From the NCBI RefSeq assembly GCF_009914755.1, contig NC_060929.1: a stretch of 64,000 bases of DNA; one strand, written 5' to 3'. Below the pieces are notes generated by a model. That model had not been told where the DNA came from. It was given only the letters and a program-made list of their open reading frames with translations, and did not search any database. This DNA comes from the human T2T-CHM13v2.0 reference genome, Homo sapiens. The position numbers were made by a program, and so were the translations under genes. This document shows, piece by piece, positions 42,371-57,763 of the stretch; position 1 is the stretch's first letter, and each line of letters opens with the position of its first letter.

Positions 42371-44789
42371 GTGAGTAGAACGGCCAGTGAGCACTCGCTC
42401 CTACCCCACTGACCCGGTTCAGGAGCAGCTATGGTCTCACCCCTTTTTCATGCCATTCGTGCTGCTTCACGAGTGTTGCTCTGTCAGAGCCTGTGTTAGT
42501 CAGGATAGGGCAGGCTGTGCCGCAGAGACAAACAGCTCCCACATCTCAGTGGTTTCAAACAACAAAGGTTTATGTCTTCCTTATGCTCCACTGAAGGCTG
42601 ACTTGGGGTTCTGCTCTTTGTCATCCTCACTTCGGCACCCAAACTCACAGCAGCCACTGTCTGGAATATTGCCAGTAACTGTGGCTTAAGTAAAAAGAGC
42701 TCTGGAGAGTCTAATGCTGGCAATTGAATGCTGTGGGCCAGAAATAATATTAATCACTTCTCGTAATTCATTGGCCAGGACTAATCATAGCTTCATTCAA
42801 CAGCCAGGAGGCAGGGCATGCCATCCTACCACATGTCCAGGGTTGGAGAAGCGGAAAGGTTTGGGAACAGTGCTCATGAGAAGCACAGGAAAGGGCAGTG
42901 AGATGGTGGGACCCATGTGTTCCCATAGTGATAAGAAGCAGGTGTGTATCACCTGAGGCTCCCTCTCTACCGGTGGCTGAAGTCCTGCCACATGGAAAAG
43001 GGAGAGTATCACCAGTCCGTGGTGGACTCATAGCTTAGAATTAGCACCAATGGGTAGAAGCCTCAGGTAGAAAAATGTAGAGAATATGTATTCGAATTTA
43101 AATTTTCGAATGGGTAACGTGATTATAAGATTAAAAAACTTTAAAACATCAAAATTTTTACAGTAAAAAATATCTGGCTGGCTGTATTTTTTACAGTAAA
43201 AAATATCTACAGTGCTGGGACAACAGGCGTGAGCCACCATGCCAGGCCTAAAGTCTCCTTTTCAAGAACCCGTGTCCTAGCCCCTCTCTGCTCCCAAAAA
43301 AACTGTATTCATTTTCCCTTTTTATTCATCCTTCATGGGTCTTACAAACAGGCTTCTGCAAGAGTCACAAAATATATTTCTACAGTTTACAGATATAAAG
43401 GGAAGCAAGGTGCCAGAGATGAGATAAAAGGGAGAAGTGGAGGCTGCGCACACTAGAGACAACAGACCCTGTGTAGCGTGCAGCTGCAGGACAGCCTTAG
43501 CTAATTGCTGCTATCAAGTGGCTTTTGCTAGATAACAAATCACCCCCAAAATGTAGTGGCTTGAAACAAACATTTATTTAGCTCATACTTCTGCATATTA
43601 GCAATTTAGGTGTACTCAGTAAATGTTCTCCTGGAATCATTAGCACCCTCAAATATCTGCAGTCACCTGCAGGTCAGCTTTGCTGATCCTGGCTGGGTTT
43701 TTTCATGTATCTGGGACACATGAGCTGCCTCACCTGTGGTCCTATGGTCTCTCCTCTTCCCGCCTGCTAGCTTATTCACATCATGGTCTCATGGTTCTAA
43801 GGGCTGTGGGGAGGGCTTGGCATCTAGAGGTCTTAGCTGGGAACTGGCACATTGTCATTCAAATGAAGTCCTAAGGCCAGCCCATACTCAAGGGGTGGGG
43901 AAATAAACTGCATTTCTTGGTAGCAGGAGCTTCATAGTGACAAAGGCTTGTAGAGATTGGGGGAGGAATAATAGCAGTGATTTTTTTGCAAACCATCTGC
44001 CTCAGCTGCCATGTAGAAATGAGGGTCTGTTGTGGCCAGAGCCTCTGCTTTTTTAAGAGACGCCAGAAACTTAGATGTAACATCTCTCAAGAGTTCAGTG
44101 CTGGCATCTAGCTCAGACATTTAATAAACACTGTGTGTGGGAGCCCTAGTTTGCTCAGAGGCTGCTGTTTATTACATCCTCTGCACTTTGGTCTTTCCTA
44201 GCCAGGCCAGCTGGGCTTTGCTCATGGGCTCTGTAGCCGAGCTCCATGGTGGTGGATGTGGCTTGGCCCCTGGCCATGAGAGAGCCATCTTATGTCTCAG
44301 GATCTAGTTTCCTTATGTGTAAGGTGGGAGGAATAACAGCCCCGCATGGGGCATTGATTCATTGCACACGAGTGACACTCAATGAATCTCACGTATTATA
44401 GTTATCTCGGCTAGGCAGGGATTCTATTTTCTCTGAGACCACACTGTAGTTCTCAATTTTATCAGTGCCATGCTCCTTTGTTATAACAAATATTACATAC
44501 ATTTACTATCCTAAGACATATCCTGAAATATATGTATAAATAAATATATCTCTTCTACCTATATATGTAACTGAAAAAAATCAGTATAATGGCTTCACTA
44601 AGAAAGGAGAAATAAAAGGAAAATAATTTCCAATAAAATGCTATATAGTTTAGTGTGCATATGCTTGGACACCACTACTAAAAGATATAAGGAAGCCATC
44701 AGATGCTTGCAGCTACTTGTAATAAATAAGTTTGGATTTAAAGAAAGAGATATCTGAAGCTGTTCTGTACAAAAAGTACAGAAAAATGA

Positions 44790-45022
<233 letters not shown>

Positions 45023-46018
45023 TAGTAGAGATGGGGTTTCACCGTGTTAGCCAGGATGGTCTCCATCTCCTGACCTCGTGATCCGCCCACCTCGGCCTCC
45101 CAGAGTGCTGGGATTACAGGCGTGAGCCATGGCGCCTGGCCTAAACCTGACTTTCTTATTTATGATAAGAGAAAGAAGGAAATAACACCGTTGAAATTGG
45201 GATTTATAAAAGATAGTGTCATAGTAATTCCCAGTATTATGATATATGACTGGATAGAGTCCAAGTGTGACAAACATATTTAGGTTCTTAGAAGTGTAAC
45301 ACATTTCGAGGCCTTTGTTCAGTTTCTGAATGTTCAGGGGGACATATGAGACATGGAACAATTCTCTGTAGTTCAGGACTGTCCTTGCAAGACATCCAGT
45401 GTACCTGGTCCTGTCCCTGCCCGTTAAATGCCTGCGGCATTACTTTCCAGAGCCTGGCCAATAATAATCACCACGCCAGCCATAACTAGTTCTTTCTCAG
45501 TCTGCTATGATAGATGGCACCAGGTTATTAGATTCCTTGGGATTCCAAAATGCACGCTGACCCCACCCTTTATTTGGGTAGGATGTTCATTCTGTCTTTT
45601 AAGGCAACTCTTCCCATCTGAGAGCCAAGGGAATAAAAAAACTCACCTTTGCAGTGGGCAGGAAGCTCTGCCCTAGGTAGGACTGTCCTAATGGTAGAGC
45701 TGTCAGGGTGGAAAAAGCGGCCTTGCAGAGGTGGGCCCGTCCAGCACAAAGCACTGCAATTCCAGAATGATGGCTGAGGCAGCAGAGTTTGGAGAAGGCA
45801 GATAACCTTCTTTGTTTTCCTTTATCAGCTAGGTGTGTTTGTTTTAAATATAAAAGCAACATATGCTTATTGAACAAAAGGAAAGTTCCAATAACACAAG
45901 TATATAAAGTAAAAAGTAAAAATCCATTCCACTAGTAATGTTTTCCATCCAAATTTTCTACTGTATATTTATAGATAGAGAGACACATAGATGGACAGAC
46001 AGATAGATGGTTAGATAG

Positions 46019-46256
<238 letters not shown>

Positions 46257-46600
46257 TGATCTGCCAGTCTTGACCTCCCAAAGTGCTGGGATTACAGGCG
46301 TGAGCCACGGCGCCCGTCTGATAGAATTTTTATGAGGCTGCTTCTATACATGCTGTTCTAGAACTTACATTTATGCTTAACCATAGTAATGAATATCTTT
46401 TCAGGACAGCATGGATATTGATATTTCTACAGTGTTTTCTTTTTTTTTTTTTTTTGAGACAAGGTCTCACTCTGTCACCCAGGCTGGAGTACAGTGGTGT
46501 AATCTCAGCTCACTGCAGCCTTGACCTCCCAGGCTCAGGGGATCCTCCTACCTCAGCCTCCTGAGTAGTTTGGACTACAGGTGTGTGCCACCACACCTGA

Positions 46601-46783
<183 letters not shown>

Positions 46784-48348
46784 TAGACTATGGTTTATTT
46801 GGCCATTCCTCTATTGAAGCATATTTGGGTTGTTTCCAATTATTTACTAACTCAAATAGAGTCACTGAACAACTTGTACCTTTATCTTTGCTCACTTGGG
46901 TTTGGATTTTTGTGGGTATATTTCTAGGATGGGATTGATGGAAGAAAGGGTTTGTACCCTTTACAAATTGCCAAACTCCTCTGCCTCTCCAAGATCTTGC
47001 CAGTTGATACTCCCACCAAGAGAATGTACAAAGACCTGTTTTTCCACACTCACCCAGCTCTGTGTATCATCTTTCAATTTCTGTTGCCTATCTGAAAAGC
47101 TGCATAAAAAAGTATTGTCCAAATTACCTTAGAAAGTCTGTAAATGTGAGCGGATGCCCTCATTCTTTGGTAATTCCTTCATGATTGTAAGGAAAGTACG
47201 CGGTCATCTCTTCCAGGACCCCTTGCTCTCTAATTTGTGAGGCGATAGTTGTCCCCAGGAGACACTTGGCTCTTTCCCATGGAAAGGAAGTCCAGAGGAT
47301 GGAGTCTTGCAAATACCTGGCAGTGGTTTCCACCTCCCCTGCCCACAGTCAGCCAAGCCCCAGGACACCCTTGGTGAGAGCAGATGACCAGCGTAGGCGT
47401 CTCCTGATGGGTAATCCTGCCCCCTGCAGCTTCTGAGGGGCTCCCACCTGCTCTGCCTATTCTTAGCTTCATGGCTGATCTTTCCTGGACATTTGGTCTG
47501 GAGATTTTCCTAAGGAAGGAGAGCCAGAGGCACGAGTATCATCAGGGAGGGCCCAGAGAAAGTTCCTGAGCAGCATTGGTTGAGTCTTCAAGGAGAAGGC
47601 ACACTTAGATGGCTGAGATTTGAAACCTTTGTGGCTTTCTCCAATCTGGGCCTAGGGGCTACTGGTCATAATCAAGAAAAGACTGTGGAGCCCCTTCCCG
47701 GATGCTATTGACTTGGGGACTCTGGATGAAATTCCAGACATCCTTAAGAAGGAGACTATAACTAGTCATCCATGCACCAGTGGTGTATCTGGAAGGGACC
47801 TTGGCACCATTAGTTCCAGAGTTTTTTTTGTTTTCACTTTTTTTAAAAAGATGAGGTCTTGCTTTGTTGCCCAGGCTGGAGTACAGTGGCATGATCATAG
47901 CTCAGTGTATCCTCGTACTCCTGGGCTTAAGCAATCCTCCTGCCTTAGCCTCCTGAGTAGCCACCACCATGCCTAGTTAATTTTTTTTTTTTTTTTGAAG
48001 CAGAGGTCATGCTATGTTGCCCAGGCTGGTCTTGAACTCCTGGCCTCAAGCAATCATTTTTTTTAACTTTTTTTCATAAAAAGTTTCAAAACTATAGAAA
48101 AATACTATAATGTGATAGATACATACCCACCACCTAAAATTAACAAGTGTTAACATTTTGCTGTTTGCTTTATCTATTTTTATGCTAATTTGAAGGAAAT
48201 TATAGATATTATGACTTTTTACCCCTAAATACTTTAAATAAATCTCTAAAAATTAAGTTCCCGTGATTTTAAGAACATTTTTTTTGGTCGGGTGTGGTGG
48301 CTCACACCTGTAATTCCAGCACTTTGGGAGGCCGAGGCGGGCAAATCA

Positions 48349-49085
<737 letters not shown>

Positions 49086-49242
49086 TCACAAGTTACAGAT
49101 GAGGAACTGGAGGATCGCAGAGAGGGGGTGACTTGCCTGAGATCACACAGTGAGCTAAATGGTAGAGTGAGGACTACAGCCCAGGCCCCCTGGTCCTCCA
49201 GAGGGTGGGATTTACCTGCCTAATACCAGCCTTCTCCCTCAG

Positions 49243-49442
49243 GCCGCAAGCTGGATCTTCAGGCCTCAGTTTCTTGCTGGTAATTCCTCTGCAGAGGATC
49301 ACCAGGTACCCACTGCTGCTGCAGAAAATCCTGGAGAACACAGTCCCTGATGCCAGTGCCTATCCTGTCCTTCAGAGGGCTGTCTCTGCCCTCCAGGACG
49401 TGAACACCAATATCAATGAGTACAAGATGCGCAAGGAAGTGG
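49243..49442 (+). CDS. ARHGEF37: ARHGEF37 exon 5 (200 nt), DH domain C-terminal part
   Basis: ccctcag|[27 protein letters not shown] (DH CR3 motif) ...[12 protein letters not shown]|gtaagg, phase 2->1. Confidence 0.96.
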
Positions 49443-50851
49443 GTAAGGACTTGGGCATTTAAGGGGACACATTAGTAGGAATGCTTCCAGTTACAGAAAA
49501 TTTATCTAAAATCTGCTTCACCAGTAAAGAGAATGTAGTGGCTTATGTAACTATAAATCCAGAGGTAATGCAAGCTTTAGGTAGGGTTCGATCAGGGTGC
49601 TGGCTCCAGTTCCCTGTAACTCCCTTGTCTCTGCTCTTTACTCTGTATCAGCTTCATCTTCAGGCTGGCTTGCCTCATAATAGTAAGTTGTGGCTGTTCC
49701 AAGACTCACAGCTGCACACCACACTTACCCGGGTAAGGCAGGGTTTTTTCCCCCTTAGCCACAAAAATTAAGTCAAAGTTTCTCTTTGATAGGACCCACC
49801 TGGGTCATGTGCTTACCTTGAACTAATCACCAAAGTTAGGGCATCATGAACTGATTGGCTTAGGTCTGGGTTATGTGCCCTTCTTTGAATTAATCACTGT
49901 TGCCAGGGGTTTGGAATTATATAAATTGGCTTGTATCAGTCAGCAATCCACCCCTTGAGCTAAAGTGAGATCAATCTCATCCAAACCACATGACTGCCAC
50001 ACTGTGGAGGAGAAATCAATAGTGGGGAGGTAAAGAGCTGTGCATATATCTGGGGAGCCTGCCTCTCAGGTTATTAAAACAGAAAGGTTTGGAAAACGAA
50101 ACAGTGTCTCAAGTTAAGAGAAACTCAATTACATGACTGAGACAACATAAAAATGGCAATTCAGCTAATGTTTACTAAGGGCTAGCTGTGCCATGCTTTT
50201 TCCTTCATTGTCATATTTGGTCTTTGCACTAACCCTCTGAGGTTGGCCCTGTTAGCCCCATTTCACAGTCAGGTAAAATGAGAGCATGCATCACTTGCTT
50301 CCTATCGCAGAACTGGTAAGGGACAGAGCCAGGTTTCAAACTCAGGCCTGGAGTCTTCACCACCATGCTATACTATATTTAGCAGCTTTGGATTTCCTCC
50401 CCACCTGCTTCTCCATCCTACGACAGATCAGTAGGAAGCACTGAGTCAGGACCGGGAAGCGTGGCTCCCAGCTGGCCTGGCTCAAAGTGGCTGAGGGACC
50501 CCAGGCAAATCTCTCCTCCATGGGTTCTTCTTTAGGAAGTTCATTCAGACCCTCTGTCTTAGGTGACTCTCCCAGCAATCCTGCGAGGTGGCTGGTCCCA
50601 TTTTACAGATGAGGAAACTGAGGCCCCAAGGAGTGGTGACTTCCCAAAGTCAAGCAGGCAGGAAGCTCTTCAGCCAGGGCTCACACCTCAGACAGAGGAC
50701 CCTATGCTTTTCCTGTGTGACTCACTAACCTCATGAATGTGACCCTGATGGAGCAGAGGGCCCAAGCAGGTGCCCAGCCGGGCATGTCCGTGACATCCGC
50801 TTTCCTGAGTTGGCTTGATCACCGTGCTTCCCCTCTTCTCTGTCGTTGCAG

Positions 50852-50982
50852 CCTCCAAGTACACCAAGGTAGAGCAGCTGACCCTCCGGGAGCGGCTGGC
50901 CCGCATCAACACACACACCCTCTCCAAGAAGACCACCCGGCTGAGCCAGCTGCTGAAGCAGGAGGCGGGGCTGATCCCCAGG
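50852..50982 (+). CDS. ARHGEF37: ARHGEF37 exon 6 (131 nt)
   Basis: gttgcag|CC TCC, (A)[15 protein letters not shown]...GLIPR, AGG|gtgagc, phase 1->0. Confidence 0.95.
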
Positions 50983-51613
50983 GTGAGCGTGCGCCTGGGA
51001 GGAAGAGTCACATCCAGCCACCCCCAAGGCCAGGCCCTGCACAGTGGGTAGACAGGGGACTTAGGCTCCTTTCAGAACTGAGGCAATGGAGGCTGAGAGA
51101 TTGAGGTGCTGGGAAGAGGCAGAGGTGGCACCCCACTTGATTCTGAAGAGCCAGTGGAGGGGTTTCTCCAGTGTCTTGGGCCACTCTCTTTGGGGCCTAT
51201 TTACACAGATAGGAGAGCTGGTCTCTGGGTTTGGGCAAAGGACCAGCCCTAAATAGCTACTTCTAGCAGCACAGGTTGGTGGAGTGCCTGCTCTGAAACC
51301 AAGCATGCTCACACAATGAAATAAGTGTTCCCACTATCCCCATGAGAAAACAGAAACTCCAAAAGGGTAAAACCCTTGTCCAGAGTCACACGGCTAGGAA
51401 GCCAATGAACTGGGGCTCATGCTTGTGTATCCGATTCCATGCTCTGAATGTAAAACCACTGAGCTACACCACCCTCTCAGCTTTGGGGTTGCGAGAACCA
51501 GCTCTGGTGGGCGAGTCTGTGGAAAGGTTGTCCCAGTGAGGACCTGGAACACTGAAGCCGGTGTACACTGCCCCCATGTGGATATTCTCAACCCTCACAC
51601 ACATTACTTTCAG

Positions 51614-51718
51614 ACAGAAGACAAGGAATTTGATGATTTAGAAGAGAGGTTCCAGTGGGTGTCTCTGTGTGTGACTGAGCTGAAGAACAACGTGGCTGCT
51701 TACCTGGACAATCTGCAG
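51614..51718 (+). CDS. ARHGEF37: ARHGEF37 exon 7 (105 nt), BAR domain
   Basis: tttcag|[16 protein letters not shown] (BAR helix-1 motif) ...LDNLQ, CAG|gtgagg. Confidence 0.95.
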
Positions 51719-52408
51719 GTGAGGACACTGCAGGGTTCATAAAGGGCGAGTCTGGGCTGGGTTCCCCTGGCAGGAGGCTTGCAGGGCCCAGCCTACAAGC
51801 TGGGAAAGGCACCAGCCTCAGAAACCAACCAGATGAGGTCATCCTGTCTCATCTCTTCTGGAGAATGCTGGCCAGCACTCCTCAGCCCCAGGCCATTATA
51901 CTGGGGGCAGCTCCGAGCCCATTGGAGTTCCTACCACATAGGGCCAAAATTCACTGGAAGCAGAGCCCCGCAGAGCAACTCTGCCAGACCAGCACCTAGA
52001 GCAGGGGAGACAAACAGGTGCCTAAAGGGGCCAGGCAGGTAATGCTACTGAGTGAAGTGTGCAGGTAACAGGCAATCCAATGCAATAGGAGCCTAGTGTC
52101 TAACAGGCTGTTTATGAGACTTTTCAGTGAACTTAAATATAAAATAATATTTGGAATTTGAAGGGCTGAATGAATGAATACATGAATCAAATCTAAAGGA
52201 GCAGCTATTCCTCAGCTCTGGGGGGTTGTTGCTGGGTGAGAATATGGGCCCAGTTCTTCTGACTTTAAGAAAAACACACCTGGAAATTCAGGTATTTTTC
52301 AGATTTTTGATGACATCTCCTGATGCGTCAATGTGAGCAACTAATTAAATGAAGATTTAAATGCTATGGGGCATTTTTTTAATGCATTGATGTAAATAGG
52401 AAAAGTTA

Positions 52409-52808
<400 letters not shown>

Positions 52809-53029
52809 TCAAGAAGCACTGGAATGAGGAGAAAGATGTTGACTCAGTCTAAGGCGGAACTTTCTAATCACTTAAGCTGTGTGAGAATAGAATCAGCTGT
52901 GTGTGTCCCTCTCATTGGGGGTGTGTAGAGAGCCTGGAAAACCTCTTCAAGGTATGGTGGAAGGGGATTCCAGCGTAAGATGGCCATGACAGGCCATGAT
53001 TGGATGTTTCTCCTTGGTACTGGGTCCAG

Positions 53030-53140
53030 GCTTTCCTCTACTTCAGGCCGCACGAATACAATCTGGACATCCCCGAGGGGCCTGCAGTGCAGTATTGCAA
53101 TTTGGCAAGAGACCTTCACCTTGAGGCCTTCCTGAAATTT
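53030..53140 (+). CDS. ARHGEF37: ARHGEF37 exon 8 (111 nt), BAR domain
   Basis: gtccag|[20 protein letters not shown]...AFLKF, TTT|gtgagt, phase 0->0. Confidence 0.9.
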
Positions 53141-54419
53141 GTGAGTGGAACTTTTCCTTTCTCCTTTCTTTGTTAGGCAGGTGGTAGAGCTTACAAGAAT
53201 AATATTTAGAAGTCAGGCACTTTGGCCAGGCGTGGTGGCTCACGCCTGTAATCCCAGCACTTTGGGAGGCCGAGGCAGGCAGATTGCCTGAGCTCAGGAG
53301 TTTGAGACCAGCCTGGGCAATACGATGAAACCCCGTCTCTACTAAAAATACAGAAAATTAGCCAGGCGTGGCAGTGTGCACCTGTAGTCCCAGCTACTCA
53401 GGAGGCTGAGGCAGGAGAATTGCTTGAACCCAGGAGGCAGAGGTTGCAGTGAGCCGAGATCATGCCACCGCACTCCAGCCCGGAGACAGAGTGAGACTCC
53501 TTCTCAAAAAAAAAAAAAAAAAAGAAGCCAGGCACTTTACACAATTGCCACATCTGTAATCTTCCTGAGTGGTCAGCAGCATAGAGATTATTATTAGTGC
53601 ACTTTCCTGATAAAAATAGCCCCCACTAACATTTATTGAGCCTCACTATCTGCCAGGCTCTATGCTAAGCCCTTTATATTCCTTACATCATTTAATCCTC
53701 ACCATATGGTTTTGGGGGTGGCTACTTTGAATAACCCCATTCTGCAGGTGAGAGATTGAGGCTCAGAGGGGGTCACCTCCTGGGTCATTTATACAGATGG
53801 TCAGTGATAAGCTGGGATCTGAGCCCCAAAGACTCTTGACCACCACTCTATACAAAATCTTTTCTAAGGCTGGGCAAGGTGGCTTATGCCTGTAATCCCA
53901 GCACTTTGGGAGGCCAAGGCAGGAGGATTGCTTGAGCCCAGTTGTTAGAGACCACTGTGGGCAACATAGACCCTGTCTCTACAAAAAATAATAATAATAA
54001 AATTAGCTGGGTGTGGTGGCATGTGCTAAGGTGGGAGGATCGCTTGAGCCTGACAGGTAGGCTGCAGTGAGCTGTGATTGCATTGCTGCACTGCAGCCTG
54101 GGAGACAGAGTGAGACCCTGTCTCAAAAAAAAAAACAAAAAACTTTTTCAAGGTCTTTGCATAATAATGATTCAAAGTGCTATATAAGATTGAATGCCTA
54201 CTCTGTGCTAAGCACTCTGTTAAGCTCATTACATGCATCGTCCCCATTTTTCAGATGGGCAGATTGAGGCCCAGAGAAGTTAGATAACATGCTAAAGGTC
54301 CCAGCTAGTCAGTGGGAGTTAGACTGGAATCCAGGCCTGCATGCTTCCAAAGCCCCTTCTCACAGCCCCTGCCCTTTGCCACCTCCTTTCCCGACTCCCA
54401 CGCTCATGTCTCCCCACAG

Positions 54420-54749
54420 AAGCAACGGCTAGAAGGCCTGGTGTGGCAGCCACTGTGCAGCCTGGCCAAAGCCCTGCTTGGCCCTCAGAACCTGATCAAG
54501 AAGCGTCTGGACAAGCTACTGGACTTTGAGCGGGTGGAAGAGAAGCTGCTGGAGGTGGGCAGTGTGACCTACCAGGAGGAGGCCGCCCGGCACACATACC
54601 AGGCACTCAACTCGCTGCTAGTGGCTGAGCTCCCACAGTTTAACCAGCTGGTCATGCAGTGGCTGGGCCAGATCCTGTGCACATTCGTGACCCTCCAGAG
54701 GGACCTTGCAAAGCAAGTGCTGCAGAGGGCAGAGGGAAGCATGGCCCAG
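54420..54749 (+). CDS. ARHGEF37: ARHGEF37 exon 9 (330 nt), BAR domain
   Basis: cccacag|[15 protein letters not shown]...[14 protein letters not shown]...[15 protein letters not shown]...GSMAQ, CAG|gtaagg. Confidence 0.96.
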
Positions 54750-56698
54750 GTAAGGCCTCTGAGACTTGGACACCTGTGGGGAGTAGCCAGGCAAGGCCCT
54801 GCAGCCCCATCAGCCAGCTGTGTGTAGGGGCTAGGATGGAGGGAGGATGGGCCTGAAAACAGGTCATCAGGCCCTTAGGAAGAGGCAGTGGGAACCTTCC
54901 AGATCTCTCTCATGCCCAGTCTCCCTCTGTTAGTGAAGTCAGACCATGAAAGCAAGGATAGGACTGAGATTTCAGACCATTCCCAAGTCCTGCAACTCAG
55001 AAGCAGAAGAAGCTTTGCTCATACAATGGCAGATCTTGGGACTGATCTCTGGAGTGTACTAGAAGTTGATGACAGAGACAGAAGGTCGTTTCTACACAGT
55101 AAGGAGTAAATGTCTCAAGCCGGTGTTACTATTACTACTTCCAGCAGCCATCTTCTCATGAGTATTTAGGATGTACCTGTTTGGAGCACTCTCCATGCAT
55201 GATCTCATTCAATCCTCACAACAACCCTACAGAGGAGGTATAATTATACTCATTTTAAAAATAAAGAAGCCAAGGCACGGAGAGGTAAAGTAGCTTGTCT
55301 AGGGCCACACGGCTAATAGCAAGCATTGAACTCTGACAGTTCAGCTCCAGGGCCTGGACTCTGAACCACAACACTCAAGAGCCTGTAAAAGGAGCTACCG
55401 GCTGAAAGCATAAATAGGTTCCACAGAGGTTTGGATAAACCTCCAAATGCAAACTTTGATTTTAGAATTTGGAAGACTGGAGTTGATACAAGAAAGAACA
55501 CCCAACTGCTTCCAGATCTTGCTCTCAGATGTCAACATGAGAGCTGAATTGCTGTTGGGTCCCACCTTGGGAGCAATTTCAATACTCCTAATATCACACA
55601 CTGTTTCCTGTGTGTCACAGTCTCCAGCTCAGCTTTTCCCCATCCAATTCTTTGCATGAAAACTCTACTAAGATTTGCCTTCCCCACCCCATCACCTTTC
55701 TAGCCCACAGCCCTCCCCTCCAGCACACAGCTGCTGGATGTGGCCACTCTGCACAGACACCTGCCTCAGCTTAGAATGCCCCTCTCCATTGTCCCTGAGC
55801 ACTTTCAGTGTCTGGCATAGAGTAGGAGCTCCCCAAACAAGTGGCAGATGAATGAGTCTCTCCATGAAGCTCTCAGAGCTCCCCATCTCCTGAGGGGGAG
55901 AAGTCATCTCCCTATCCTCTGTACTCCAGCAGCCCTGTGGATGGAACTGTGCTTAGTACTTTTCAGAGCCTGCCTTCTGCTGCAGGAATCCATGAATGTG
56001 TTTCTCCTCAAGCATGGGGACTGGGACTGCAAGCTTTTTCTCTTTTTGGCCCTCACAGAGTTCTGTCCCAGACACTCTGCAAATTGAATTAGGCCTGAAC
56101 CATCAGTAAAAGAACTGTCTCTTCCTTGAGGGCAGAAGAGTAAATCTGATGAGGTTATCTTTTCCCTCTCCTGTAGCCTAGAGGTTTTCTCTCTTGGGCT
56201 GCCCCCAACCCCTTGCATTAAATCTGGGATGTGCAGAGCTAGGGAGTGTTTGGGGATGCCAGTAGAGAGGTGGTCACGTTTATAAAAGCAGAAAGTAAGG
56301 GCGCTTCCTGATTGGTCCATCAGAGTCTGCTGGTGACAGCTGCCAGCCTGCCTTATCTGTGTCCTGTGGTCCATGCATGTGGCCTGTCCCTGTGGAGCCT
56401 GGAAAAGGCTGCAGGCAGAAACCTCAATCTCCCTGAATCCTGGTGGGAGGAAGGCTCTAGGTCAGCACTAAGAACAATGAGTTTGGTGACAAGCTGTGAA
56501 TCTGGTGACAAGCTGTGGCATCTCACTCACTCCTAGGTTGTCTGACGAAAATGCAAGAGATCCTGCACAGGGTCAAGGTCTCAGGACAGAGTATCACTCA
56601 GAACTCCTTGGGTTGAAAATAATATAAACCCAAAGCAAGCCAGGGATCTCATTGTCCCCTCTTGCCCAGCTCTGTTGACAGTGTCTGTCCCCACTTAG

Positions 56699-56827
56699 CT
56701 GCCCCACCACCACGTCCCAGAGCCTGCCTTCAGGAAGCTGGTGGAGGACGCACTGGGCCGGACGAGTAACCAGCTTCGCTCCTTTCAAGAGACCTTTGAG
56801 AAAGTGCAGCCACCTCCCACCACACAA
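56699..56827 (+). CDS. ARHGEF37: ARHGEF37 exon 10 (129 nt)
   Basis: cacttag|[23 protein letters not shown]...PPPTTQ, CAA|gtaagc, phase 0->0. Confidence 0.9.
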
Positions 56828-57550
56828 GTAAGCATCCTTCCTCCACCCCAAAGACTGTCCAGTTCTTCACTGGCCAGTAGGGTGAGGCTCCATCCATCCC
56901 CTCTTTCCTTTCCTTTTTGGTCCCCCAATGTTTCCTGTTATCCATGGAAATATGTTCTCTTCTCTCTCCTTTCTATTTGAGCTGGGGTGGGGGGACACAC
57001 CCAGATACATACACACTCTTTACATCCAAGAAGTAGAAGAAAAGCACAGAACTTCTGAGTCAAGGAAAAGAAAACTCAGACCTTTTAATATTAAGTGAAA
57101 TTAGACGTAATGATGGGCAACTGGCATTGACATCCAAAAACCTAGAACTTCTTCAAATTGTCATCAAAAGGTATCCTTGGCCAGGCATAGTAGCTCACAC
57201 CTGTAATCTCAGCACTTTGGGAGGCCGAGGTGGGTGGATCACTTGAGGCCAAGAGTTCGAGACCAGCCTGGCCAACATGGCAAAACCCTGTCTCTACTAA
57301 AAATACAAAAATTAGCTGAGCGTGGTGGTGTGCACCTCCCAGCTACTTGGGAGGCTGAGGCAGAAGAATTGCTTTAGCCTGGAAGGCAGAGGTTGCAGTG
57401 AGCCAAGCAAAGGTATCCTTTTCCTTCCCTGCCTTCTAATGCCAGCTTCAACATGAGCATTCAACATAAATAAAAATTTTGATTATGTCATTTAAATTTC
57501 CTATCGCTGTGGTATTTTTTATTGCAAAGAACAGTATTTCAGCTGCATGA

Positions 57551-57763
<213 letters not shown>

